Below are positions 8,098 through 17,231 of a stretch of 64,000 nt of DNA, piece after piece; within the stretch, counting starts at the first letter, position 1; each line of letters starts with the position of its first letter. Position numbers and translations under genes: made by a program. Origin of the DNA: Candidatus Omnitrophota bacterium (lineage in GTDB: Bacteria > Omnitrophota > Gorgyraeia > Zapsychrales > Fredricksoniimonadaceae); the NCBI GenBank assembly GCA_044225175.1, contig JBGAJA010000002.1, positions 82,917 through 146,916 on the forward strand, written 5' to 3'. The notes below the pieces were generated by a model, which saw nothing but the letters and a program-made list of their open reading frames with translations, searched no databases and had not been told where the DNA came from.

Positions 8098-11000
8098 TCA
8101 GATCTTAGCCAATTGCTCTTGTTCTCGTCCAGGATTTGTAGAATTATCCTTCAATCCTAACAGAGGTCTCATTTGCATAATGTTCAGCGGTGTTATCTGA
8201 ATGATCACAGGTTCAGCTGAGAATATGCCTTGAACTTTAATACGTGCAATCATGGCTGGATCGAAATTCACTTTAACCTCACCGTTAACATCTTTCATCA
8301 CACTCATGCCCATGTTGGCACTGTTTAAATCAATACCACCGGGAGAAGAACTGTGGGCTGAATCTGTGGTTAATCCTTTATTTATTGAGGCATCGGTGGA
8401 TCTAGCTCCTTGACCAGCAAAACTTTTGGACATGGCGAAATCGGAAAACCGTTCAACCATACTATCAATAGACTTACCATTCACATTTTTAATGGTATCT
8501 ATTTCATTTCGGAACCTATTGGCTAATTCGTAAGCTGTTAAATCAGTGGGGAAATTCCTTATATAACTTATTATTTTTCCATCCTCTTTTTTTTCTATAA
8601 TTAATTTTCTTTGATTACTTCCCAAATCTTCAGCTTTAACCATCCAACCTTTCTTAGAAAGCATATTTGCTGATACTCTAACTCTGACTACTTTTTTACT
8701 CCTAGCCCTCGCTGCATTAACAGCTGGCTTAGCTGCCATGGCGGAGTCATATGGTCGGGGGAAACGGTTGTTAACAAGATCACAAAGAGTAGTCACCGTC
8801 CATGGTTTATCAAAAATATTATCCCTCTCTTGATCTGAGAACTCCGTAATGGATAATTCTCTCTGTATTGTTGAAAACAACCCAAATTCTTTGTTATATC
8901 TATTTTTTCCTAAATTAACCGAAGGAGTATCGCTGTCCTTAAGGGAACCCTTTGCTAATCCAAATTGTCTTTCTATAATTTCAATAACTTTTTGTTTTCG
9001 TCCTTTGTTCTGAATGTCATATTTTATGAATCTAATCCATTTTCCTAGTTGATCTTGATTATACGATTGCACTCCAATACTATCTGTATTGTTTTCATCT
9101 GCCTTAAGTAGATGTCTTCCTTCAAAATATTCATTTTTTATTGCTTCATAAATTTCTTTGTCTTCTGGAAACAATCTTGACAAGACGAGAATTTCAACAA
9201 AATTAGTATTACGACTCGAATTTTCTAAAAAACTGCCATAAAACTCATCGATAAAACGGATAACACGATCATATTCAAATTCTTTCCCATTCTTAAACTT
9301 AATCTTCACCTCCATCGCTGCGTCGTTAGATGCGATGGCCGCATCGGAGAATTTCTTTGGCTGACTGGCTATCATGGCTAGATGAGGTAAGGCTGCTTTC
9401 ATATCATTAACTTTAGCGATCATTGCCTCGCTCACATCAGGTCTCCAGCGATCGTCTCTTGCAGTAGTATCAATATGATTAGGAAGAGAAGCGGCTAAAG
9501 CTGCCAATTTTGCAATTTCAAGCGGTGCAAATCTTTGGTCTATTCTCAAGGGAAGGTATCCTCTATCAGCACCAAAGCGCTCGGAGAAGTTTGATTCTAC
9601 AATCAACATCACCGTAGGGTTTTCATATGTATAAGCAAAAGGTTCCCATTGGTCTATTTCTTCTTTAAAACTGTCTGGCATAATTACAAAAAGAGTGGCT
9701 GGTTCATACGCAGATAAAGCCCGACGATAATAAAATCCTTTAGCAACGGTTTTTGTGATCGAGCCTCCTCTGACCGTCTGTTGTGCTGTTAATTGCAAAT
9801 TCAATTGATCTCTAAAAGAAACTGTTGCTTCTTGAGGTCCAAAAACTATTCTAAAGCCTCGTGGACTACCATCACTCCATATAAGATTCCCATGCTCATC
9901 TTGTGAATACCCTTGATTGGATTGGTTAAAATGCAACATCGCTGAGTCGGAAGATTTGACTGCTATGGCCCGTTGTGGATTAAAAGCACCATTAATATTT
10001 AAGGCTGTTGTGATACGTTGGAACGAAGAGCCTGTGGGGGTAGCCACAGTGGCTGCATCCATTAAATTGTGCGATACACTAAGCATTGCTTCATTAGGCC
10101 CTTGGTATCCCCCTGAGAAGTATTTTCGTGGAATTCTTTGACCCGTAAGCTTGCCCTGAGCGTCAGTCAAAGGGTCTTCTTTGATATAGTTGAATACACC
10201 CTTCTTATATGCCTGAAGATACTGCTGGTAGATTTGTTCTTTTACAGATGGATCAGAAAGGTTGACGCCTTTAATTGTATTTTTATTGGAATAGACCTGA
10301 TTAATAAGCGCTTCTTTAAGGTTCTTTTTGTACCATATAGCCAGAATCTGGGAATTGAAGATTTGGCGTAATGTGGCGAAGTTTTTGCCGGTGTTGACTT
10401 CTTTTTCGATTTCAGGAATGACGATGTCTCGAATGATTTGGCTGCTGATGACGTTGGGGGTATTTCCCTGGGTTGCTTTCACATTCAACGCTGTCTCGCT
10501 TGGCAACCTGCTTGGGGACACGTTCTGGTTGTTCTTGTTAGGAACATGTCCCCTGGTTGGCATTTGGTTTTTATCTCTGGCTAGATAATCTTCCTCCAAC
10601 ATCACCTTCAAATGCCCATCTACAACAAAGGCTGTTTGTCCATGTTCATATACACTGGCTTTATCGGCTAGAATCCACACCTTATTAAAGGTGTTAACTG
10701 GTATCTGAGCATTGGGACCGTAGATTGCTTGGGCTTTGGCATAGACTCTGTTCCAAAACTCTTTTCCTAGGTCTTTCTCTGGATAGATCAAAGATGCGGT
10801 TAACTGTTTGAGGATGTAGTCTTGGGCTAAAAGATCTCTGCCTAAGGCTGTTTGGCCTAAGGCTTCAGGAACTATACGGTCTTTTTCATAGGGGCTTAGG
10901 TTCACCCATAGGTCTTTCTCTGGAACGGTTAGGCAGGCGAAGAAATATTTAACCAAACGGTCGCCTTCTTGATGTAGAGACGCAAGATCTTGCGTCTCTA

Positions 11001-11235
11001 CAGATAGGCCGGAATTCCCGGTATCTACGATAAAATCAAATAAAAATGGATTATCTTTATGAACAGTTAAACCTTTGATTAAGGTTGGTTCAAAGGCTGG
11101 GCTTAAATTGACCATGGTTCCAGGAATAGGTAGAGACGCAAGATTTTGCGTCTCTACTGCATGTGATTTAGGAATAATAATTGATGTGCATGAAAAGGTA
11201 AGAATAACCAGGGAAGCAGTAACCTTCTTAAACAT
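8098..11235 (-). CDS. Giant secreted protein B (1045 aa), a paralog of the 1848-aa protein. It has a signal peptide. Its N-terminal domain of about 330 aa and a short C-terminal module (GGIDxxS...) are shared with A. Function unknown.
   Basis: Long ORF. N-terminus ...CLTVPEKDLWVNLSPYEKDRIVPE...NTFNKVWILADKASVYEHGQTAFVVDGHLKVMLEEDY aligns with protein A. Signal peptide MFKKVTASLVILTFSCTSIIIPKSHA. Confidence 0.75.
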   Translation of the reverse strand: MFKKVTASLVILTFSCTSIIIPKSHAVETQNLASLPIPGTMVNLSPAFEPTLIKGLTVHKDNPFLFDFIVDTGNSGLSVETQDLASLHQEGDRLVKYFFACLTVPEKDLWVNLSPYEKDRIVPEALGQTALGRDLLAQDYILKQLTASLIYPEKDLGKEFWNRVYAKAQAIYGPNAQIPVNTFNKVWILADKASVYEHGQTAFVVDGHLKVMLEEDYLARDKNQMPTRGHVPNKNNQNVSPSRLPSETALNVKATQGNTPNVISSQIIRDIVIPEIEKEVNTGKNFATLRQIFNSQILAIWYKKNLKEALINQVYSNKNTIKGVNLSDPSVKEQIYQQYLQAYKKGVFNYIKEDPLTDAQGKLTGQRIPRKYFSGGYQGPNEAMLSVSHNLMDAATVATPTGSSFQRITTALNINGAFNPQRAIAVKSSDSAMLHFNQSNQGYSQDEHGNLIWSDGSPRGFRIVFGPQEATVSFRDQLNLQLTAQQTVRGGSITKTVAKGFYYRRALSAYEPATLFVIMPDSFKEEIDQWEPFAYTYENPTVMLIVESNFSERFGADRGYLPLRIDQRFAPLEIAKLAALAASLPNHIDTTARDDRWRPDVSEAMIAKVNDMKAALPHLAMIASQPKKFSDAAIASNDAAMEVKIKFKNGKEFEYDRVIRFIDEFYGSFLENSSRNTNFVEILVLSRLFPEDKEIYEAIKNEYFEGRHLLKADENNTDSIGVQSYNQDQLGKWIRFIKYDIQNKGRKQKVIEIIERQFGLAKGSLKDSDTPSVNLGKNRYNKEFGLFSTIQRELSITEFSDQERDNIFDKPWTVTTLCDLVNNRFPRPYDSAMAAKPAVNAARARSKKVVRVRVSANMLSKKGWMVKAEDLGSNQRKLIIEKKEDGKIISYIRNFPTDLTAYELANRFRNEIDTIKNVNGKSIDSMVERFSDFAMSKSFAGQGARSTDASINKGLTTDSAHSSSPGGIDLNSANMGMSVMKDVNGEVKVNFDPAMIARIKVQGIFSAEPVIIQITPLNIMQMRPLLGLKDNSTNPGREQEQLAKI
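10974..11001. repeat. 28-nt perfect palindrome GTAGAGACGCAAGATCTTGCGTCTCTAC embedded in frame in gene B, encoding VETQDLASL
   Basis: Direct reading. Codons gta gag acg caa gat ctt gcg tct cta fall in the gene B frame. Confidence 0.8.
11130..11157. repeat. Second copy (27/28 identical) of the GTAGAGACGCAAGAT(T/C)TTGCGTCTCTAC palindrome, in frame in gene B. It encodes VETQNLASL at residues 27-35, immediately after the predicted signal-peptide cleavage site SHA.
   Basis: Direct reading. Residue V27 maps to 11155-11157. Confidence 0.8.
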
Positions 11236-11346
11236 GAAAACTCTCCAGATGATTCATTGAAATCCAACGATTATTAAGGGTAGCAGCTACGAGGCAAGGA
11301 TAACACACAAATCTTACTTGTCAAATTTAGCAATATGAAGGAAAAA

Positions 11347-11652
11347 TTACTCTGCTTTCTCAAATTCAAGCACAATTCCGCCTAAACGTGAGGCAATAAA
11401 GTTATAGAAGCCAGCAATCAAGCATCCTGTTAGGAAGCCTAATATTCCATTAATGATAGGCAACACTAGGATGGACCAAGCTCCCAGCCCCCACATTCCT
11501 GTCTCACCATTAACTAAAGATCCAAAAGTAACAATGATTCCAACCATTAAACCAACCAGTGTATGCAAAGCACTAAGGATGATCCCTAAGGATTTAAGGG
11601 AAATCTTCTTTAACTTGTAAATTATCGGTTCTCCTAAGACGGTATTCATCAT
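11347..11652 (-). CDS. Small membrane protein (101 aa, 2-3 predicted TM helices) between the two giant genes
   Basis: Hydrophobic ORF MMNTVLGEPIIYKLKKISLKSLGIILSALHTLVGLMVGIIVTFG.... It sits 19 nt after the stop of A and 111 nt before the start of B. Confidence 0.5.
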   Translation of the reverse strand: MMNTVLGEPIIYKLKKISLKSLGIILSALHTLVGLMVGIIVTFGSLVNGETGMWGLGAWSILVLPIINGILGFLTGCLIAGFYNFIASRLGGIVLEFEKAE

Positions 11653-11670
11653 TAATCTCCTTAAAATTAG

Positions 11671-14600
11671 CTATTCCGCCAATAATGTGTGGATCATGCT
11701 TTGAGAAACAGGTACAACCATTACAACTTCAGGCGTTATTCCATAGATGGATTGTATTGAAAAAGGCTCTATGCTAGGTTGATTAGTCCCTTGCTCTTGA
11801 AGATCTAATAAATGACTGTCCATATCAATGCCCCCTTTAATCTCAGAGAGGCCTTTAACAGGATTTGCGGTCATCATAGCCTGGTCTGAAGGAGATTTTC
11901 CAATCTCTTCAACCTTTGCAACCGTTTGAGGGTCAATCCCAATAGGTGAACGGGTAGTGTGAACGGAAATACTAGGATATGTCCAGGCCCGGTTCCAAAG
12001 GTGAATATCTTGAGGCTTAATACTCATCTTAAAAAGACCCAAATTGATCGTGAACTCAGGAAATATGGAAATGGTACTGGCCTTTTTATACATGGCATTA
12101 AACATCACCTTGTAAGCCATTAAACGGCCCAAAGGATCAAAAGCAAGGTTATTCATTTTCTTAATCACCTCACTATCCGTCGCATTTAATATCTGGCCTT
12201 GAATGTTGATGTGGTGATCTGTAATATTTTTATCTGAAAAATCCTCTCGGCCGATCGTAGTCACCTCTGCACCAGATACCAAACGATTGCCAAAAATACC
12301 ATTTCTAACCGCCTTAGCCTGTCTCAGAGTGACTTTAACAGCCTCTTTGGCCATTTGATCAACAGGAAGAGCACTAATAAGTTGTAGACCTCTGACAATG
12401 CGATGCGTAAATCTGGCTCCCAAATGATCTTCGGGGTTTCCTCCATGAACATTCATCGTCATGGAACCAGGCGCACGGGCCCCCATTTTGCTGACAAACG
12501 CAGTACTAATCTGATGCACAAAAGGAAGGTCTCCAATGACCATACTAGGAGGCCCCATTCTCGCCCATCGAGGCCTGCCGGTAAAGGTACGATAAATAAG
12601 TGTCGTAATTAAAAAAGGCGCCCACACCGCAACCATAAAGTCTGCTGTGGTTGCCCAAAAACCACTCATACTGCGAAGCGCAGGACCAGGGGGACATCCT
12701 AACGCATTCATGGCTAAATGAACTGGAGCTCCCATATAAAAAATACTAGCGACAAATGCTCTGAAGATAAAATTAACTTTAGGGGTTTCCAATAAATGTC
12801 CCCCGAGATACTGTCCATGATTAATTAGTTCTTGATGAACCTTGCTCTTAATGTCCCTGCCTTGCTCATCAACTCCTGTTATTCTTTTGGAATCTTTGAT
12901 CATTCCCTGAATCATGTCCTCGAGCCTTTTGAGATCGCTTTCTTGAACTTGTAAACCCCAAGGATTGTGATGAGGAAAAACTTCTCTTAATCGTTTAACC
13001 AAATGCCGTGTTAATAAAATCTGCTCTGCAAATAAAAGAATGTCTGAAGTAGGAGCTGCTTCTGCTGGATAGTAATCTCCCGTCGTAAAAATACGCCTTG
13101 TAAAAGGAGCATCCGGAGTTAATCTTTGCCCTAAAGCCATGTTGATCATGGCATCCAGACGAGAGGTCATCACAAATGTGTTGCCTTGAGTAATCTTATT
13201 TAAAAGTCCTGCTAAGGCCATGCTTGGAAATGTAGATCCGGAAAGAGATATGATTAAGCCGATTGTCCTATTGTTTATTTTAGATAGAGGGTCACGCAAT
13301 TTTTTATTAGAAGAGTTGGTTTCAATAGGCATTTTGGGCATAAAAATATGCAGTAATTGCTTAAAATTTTCACCTAACCACAAAGATTTTTCATAACCAC
13401 TAATATCTAAAACGGTGTTGTTGGAATCGTCCTTATTATTTAGTGTTTTTTGTTTTTGACGCAAACTTGAGATAGAACGATCAAAGTTAGCTATTAAATC
13501 ATCTAGAATTATTTTAATCTGAAGTTCGGTAAAAACCTGAAGCTCATGGTCCATTTGTTCAGCATGCTTTATAAGATCTTCATCTTTGATCTGTCTTGAT
13601 AGCAGCTTCTTATTTAAATCTTCTGCATAAGAAATAATGAAATTACTCGCCTGACTTTCAATGATGGCCACGATCAATGAGTTTTCCCAAGAAATGGAAT
13701 CTTGGTGCAAAAATTTCTTTTGATCTTCTGAACAAACCACTTGGCCTGATTCACAATCCTGTAAAAATTTGTGGATTCGCCTGACTACATCTGCACGCAA
13801 CAAAGAATACGTGAGGCTGTGTTTCTTTAAGAAATCTTCCACGTAACGAGAGGATGCCATTTCAGCAAAGGCTTCTGCAGATTGATAGTCAAAAGACCGT
13901 GGATTTTCCCAGTCCTTAACTTTGGTAGAGATGGCGTTGGATGTTCTTTCTAAATCTTCATCGATAATGTTTTGAGGATCTTTATATTCAATAGGGGGCT
14001 TGTAGTATGGATTATCTTCATTTAAAGAATAAAGCCGTTGTGAAATTTGTTCTGGGGTCAGATCTTTATTGCCGGAAGAACGCACCCTCACATAAAAGGC
14101 CTTTGTCTTTGAAAAACCAATGTCTGCAACCTCATCCTTTCTGGGATCTAACATAAATAACTTCTCTAAAGAACCTTTACTGCCAAATTTTCCCAATAAA
14201 ACCAAAGGGTCTGAGGCAAAGCTCAAAAACTTCTTCATTACATTAAAGCCAAACGCCATGCCTTGGGATTTTGAAAAAAGAGTCACTCCGTCATTTTGTA
14301 AAGAAGTCCTGACAACTAGCCCATAAGATCCTTCAGCTCTTTCTTTAAAATCCAAAGTGGCTTGAAAACGATTGCCAATAAAAAACCTTTCAACGGCCAT
14401 GTCCACAAATCGAATTCTAGTCTCTTGGCTTTGATTCCACCGACGTAAAATTTCTCCAGCTGGGGTTTGTTTTGAACCCTCTGCTTCTAAGCGTTTCACT
14501 AACTTTTCTTTAAACGCATTGATCTTGTGGTATTGAAACTTCAAATCCGGCCATTGATTAGCCATGTCTTTGCTTACCCACAAATCTTTAAATTCTTTAT

Positions 14601-17217
14601 TAGCCCCCAGATCAGGTCGCGAGAGCCCTGGGGCATCTTGGATAAAGATTTCTTCGAAGAGTTGCGCCATAGCATCTTCTTCTTCGATGTTTAGAATATC
14701 CCCCAAGGCTTCATCTGCTGTTTTATGATTGACCATGACATGGGCGTATCGAATCGATCCCCGCCAGCTGCCTTGAGTTAAATGAAAATGGATTTCTGGA
14801 GCCGTAGGTGGTGAGTCGCCCTCAGGCATATAGTCATAGCGCCCCTGGGTGCCCCTTTCTGGATCAGGAGGAATCCATACATCTTTCTTCATATGAACGA
14901 CTTTGCCAAAGAACTCTCGAATCTCTGTAAGATCAAGCATTCTGTCATGCAAATAATAATAATCATTGTCTCCGTTATGAGAGGTAGTGACCAAAACTTC
15001 TTTCTTATGGACCACCAGTTTTCCATCGCTAATTGCCCATTGAAGTCTTTCTTCTTTAGGACCTAAGAAAGGATGTGAGGCCCTTTTGCTGACAGCCCCT
15101 CCCGTGGCAAAACGCACATGACCATTGACTCCATGAACCATGACTTCACTATCAGCTGAATGCTTTGCTCCCTTGATGTCTTGTCTGAATTCACTGAGCA
15201 AGGAGCTTACTAAATCACTGCCTGCACCTCGTTTACTTTTAACGACCTTGGTCAAATAAACATTGGCTTCTCCATTAGAACCATCAATCATCACCTGTCC
15301 GGCCGACTGACCGCCTCTCACAATCAGACGCCTCATAAGCCCATCTACTCCCTCCTGCACCCATTGGGGATAAAGCCCTTGATTGGATTCATCAACCCAG
15401 AACACTCCATAATTGCCGCATTCGAATTTATCTGAATCAACAGGGAGTTTTTTAATGTCGGATTTCCATGAGGCCTTGATGGCATTCCATCCTGACACAC
15501 CGATAGGGCCTAAAAGAGGTAAAACCCAGGAATGTTCAAGCCCAAGAAAATAAGCGCTAATAGCTGTAGCGACTGTGGTAAGCCACGTTGCAGCGAATCC
15601 TGTATAATGGATGGTTTTTTTCCTCCAACCTTCACTGGAAAAAAGAACATAAGGGTTTTCTTTAGGTATTTGCCTCCAGGGTAATATTATTTGCAACCAT
15701 TGATTGAGACTGAAATTTGCTTTCAAATTATTAACACTTAAAGCTTCTTTCGATCGATGAGGATGGAATACGGCAGAGGACACAGCATGACCACCGACCT
15801 CATGAACCCCTATATTTAAGGCATATAATGCGCGTGTAATAAATGGCAAGGCAACCGCAGTCGTTATTAAACTCACTGGGTCCCATCCAACTGTACTAGT
15901 TGCTATGACCATGCCGCTACTCCAGCCTAAAAAATCCATCGATCTTGAGTATGTGGTCGCGGACTTTTGAGCAAAGTCTCTTTCTTTTCCTCCGACCAAA
16001 CGAGGAATAGAATTTCTAACTTCTCCTTCTATTAGCTTGAATGGATGCTTATTCGTCAAAGTTCTTTGATCAGGAAAACGCACAATGGAACCATGTTCAT
16101 CTGTAGCATTCAAATCGATAGTGGCCATGGCCAAATCACTGCCTAAGTCCATCCCTTGAGAATTCTCTATTTCACTGTAAACATGTTTGGTTTGAAGGCC
16201 GAATCCTATAAAATCCATCCCTCCTGATGCATATTTACGAGGAATAACTGTTTGATTTGAAGAATCATAATCTTCACGGATATAGTTATAAACCAGCTTT
16301 TTATATGCCTTCAGGTACTGTAAGAAAATCTTTTCTTTAATGTTCTTATCTTGAGCATCCACCCCTGTGATTTTATTTTTTCCAACATACTCTTGAGATA
16401 ACACGCTGCTTTTTAAATGTTTCTTGTACCATGTTGCTAAAATCATGGCATTGAAGACTTGGCGAACGACCGCAAAATTCTTTCCCTCATTGATTTCCCG
16501 CCTTAGTTCAGGAAGAATAATTTCTCGGACGATTTGGGCGTATTTTTCCGTAGGGGCAGGCCCCTGCCCGATATTTTTATCCATCGACACATAATCGTAT
16601 TCCAACATCACATCCAATTTGCTATCCACAACAAAAGCACTATCTCCCTTCACATAAACCTTGGCTGTTTTAGGGACGATCCAAACTTTATTAAAGGTAT
16701 TAATAGAAACATTGGTTGTGCCATAGATTTCTTGAGCCTTTAGATATATTTTTTGCCAAAACTTTCGGCCTAATTCATTTTCGGGGTAACTTAAAGAAGC
16801 CATGATTTGTTTAAGTAGATAGTCTTGTTCTAAAAGACTTTTCCCCATTTCCGTTCTACCAAAGTATTCAGGTGCAATGCGGTCCTTTTCATAGGGCGAA
16901 AGATTGACCCATAGATCACTTTCGGGAACTGTTAAGCAAGTAAGGAAATATTTGGTGAGTGTGGTAATTGCATCTTTTAAAGCTTGCCCTCTAAGGCCAG
17001 AAGCTCCTTCATCAATTAAGAAATCAAAACGCAAAGCATTATTCGTGTTGGTCTTAATCCCTTTTAATACCAAGGGTTTAAAAGAGGGGCTTGTAGAAAT
17101 CATCATCCCAGGAACAGGAAGATGAGGCATAGATTGAGCATGAGCATCCGGTAAAGGACCTAAGGAAGTAAGAAAAAATGCAAGAATGAGGATCTGAATA
17201 AGAATTTTCTTGATCAT
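11671..17217 (-). CDS. Giant protein A (about 1848 aa from ATG 17217; the ORF track uses an upstream TTG). It has a signal peptide, the shared N-terminal domain, several hydrophobic TM segments, an embedded class II (Ntn) glutamine-amidotransferase-like domain (residues about 604-760) and the shared C-terminal module. Function unknown.
   Basis: ...KFECGNYGVFWVDESNQG...RRLIVRGGQSAGQVMIDG...HGVNGHVRFATGGAVSKRASHPF...VTTSHNGDNDYYYLHDRM matches the GlmS/PurF/AsnB N-terminal motifs (CGIVG, RRLEYRGYDSAG, HTRWATHG..AHPH, VHNGIIENY). TM-like stretches include FIFRAFVASIFYMGAPVHLAMNALG and AVWAPFLITTLIY. Confidence 0.8.
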   Translation of the reverse strand: MIKKILIQILILAFFLTSLGPLPDAHAQSMPHLPVPGMMISTSPSFKPLVLKGIKTNTNNALRFDFLIDEGASGLRGQALKDAITTLTKYFLTCLTVPESDLWVNLSPYEKDRIAPEYFGRTEMGKSLLEQDYLLKQIMASLSYPENELGRKFWQKIYLKAQEIYGTTNVSINTFNKVWIVPKTAKVYVKGDSAFVVDSKLDVMLEYDYVSMDKNIGQGPAPTEKYAQIVREIILPELRREINEGKNFAVVRQVFNAMILATWYKKHLKSSVLSQEYVGKNKITGVDAQDKNIKEKIFLQYLKAYKKLVYNYIREDYDSSNQTVIPRKYASGGMDFIGFGLQTKHVYSEIENSQGMDLGSDLAMATIDLNATDEHGSIVRFPDQRTLTNKHPFKLIEGEVRNSIPRLVGGKERDFAQKSATTYSRSMDFLGWSSGMVIATSTVGWDPVSLITTAVALPFITRALYALNIGVHEVGGHAVSSAVFHPHRSKEALSVNNLKANFSLNQWLQIILPWRQIPKENPYVLFSSEGWRKKTIHYTGFAATWLTTVATAISAYFLGLEHSWVLPLLGPIGVSGWNAIKASWKSDIKKLPVDSDKFECGNYGVFWVDESNQGLYPQWVQEGVDGLMRRLIVRGGQSAGQVMIDGSNGEANVYLTKVVKSKRGAGSDLVSSLLSEFRQDIKGAKHSADSEVMVHGVNGHVRFATGGAVSKRASHPFLGPKEERLQWAISDGKLVVHKKEVLVTTSHNGDNDYYYLHDRMLDLTEIREFFGKVVHMKKDVWIPPDPERGTQGRYDYMPEGDSPPTAPEIHFHLTQGSWRGSIRYAHVMVNHKTADEALGDILNIEEEDAMAQLFEEIFIQDAPGLSRPDLGANKEFKDLWVSKDMANQWPDLKFQYHKINAFKEKLVKRLEAEGSKQTPAGEILRRWNQSQETRIRFVDMAVERFFIGNRFQATLDFKERAEGSYGLVVRTSLQNDGVTLFSKSQGMAFGFNVMKKFLSFASDPLVLLGKFGSKGSLEKLFMLDPRKDEVADIGFSKTKAFYVRVRSSGNKDLTPEQISQRLYSLNEDNPYYKPPIEYKDPQNIIDEDLERTSNAISTKVKDWENPRSFDYQSAEAFAEMASSRYVEDFLKKHSLTYSLLRADVVRRIHKFLQDCESGQVVCSEDQKKFLHQDSISWENSLIVAIIESQASNFIISYAEDLNKKLLSRQIKDEDLIKHAEQMDHELQVFTELQIKIILDDLIANFDRSISSLRQKQKTLNNKDDSNNTVLDISGYEKSLWLGENFKQLLHIFMPKMPIETNSSNKKLRDPLSKINNRTIGLIISLSGSTFPSMALAGLLNKITQGNTFVMTSRLDAMINMALGQRLTPDAPFTRRIFTTGDYYPAEAAPTSDILLFAEQILLTRHLVKRLREVFPHHNPWGLQVQESDLKRLEDMIQGMIKDSKRITGVDEQGRDIKSKVHQELINHGQYLGGHLLETPKVNFIFRAFVASIFYMGAPVHLAMNALGCPPGPALRSMSGFWATTADFMVAVWAPFLITTLIYRTFTGRPRWARMGPPSMVIGDLPFVHQISTAFVSKMGARAPGSMTMNVHGGNPEDHLGARFTHRIVRGLQLISALPVDQMAKEAVKVTLRQAKAVRNGIFGNRLVSGAEVTTIGREDFSDKNITDHHINIQGQILNATDSEVIKKMNNLAFDPLGRLMAYKVMFNAMYKKASTISIFPEFTINLGLFKMSIKPQDIHLWNRAWTYPSISVHTTRSPIGIDPQTVAKVEEIGKSPSDQAMMTANPVKGLSEIKGGIDMDSHLLDLQEQGTNQPSIEPFSIQSIYGITPEVVMVVPVSQSMIHTLLAE
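16548..16570. repeat. REP-family sequence (GGGCAGG-cc-CCTGCCCCTACGG on the coding strand) embedded in frame in gene A, encoding GQGPAPTE, in a region that differs from paralog B
   Basis: Direct reading. It has the same CCTGCCCCTAC half as the intergenic REP at 4690-4712. Confidence 0.6.
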
Positions 17218-17231
17218 AATGGCTTTCAAAT

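Noticed and set aside
15760-15830. HEVGGH in giant protein A (residues about 476-481), considered as a zinc-metalloprotease HExxH motif
   Set aside because: The spacing is HExxxH, not HExxH, and there is no downstream third ligand context. It is probably fortuitous.
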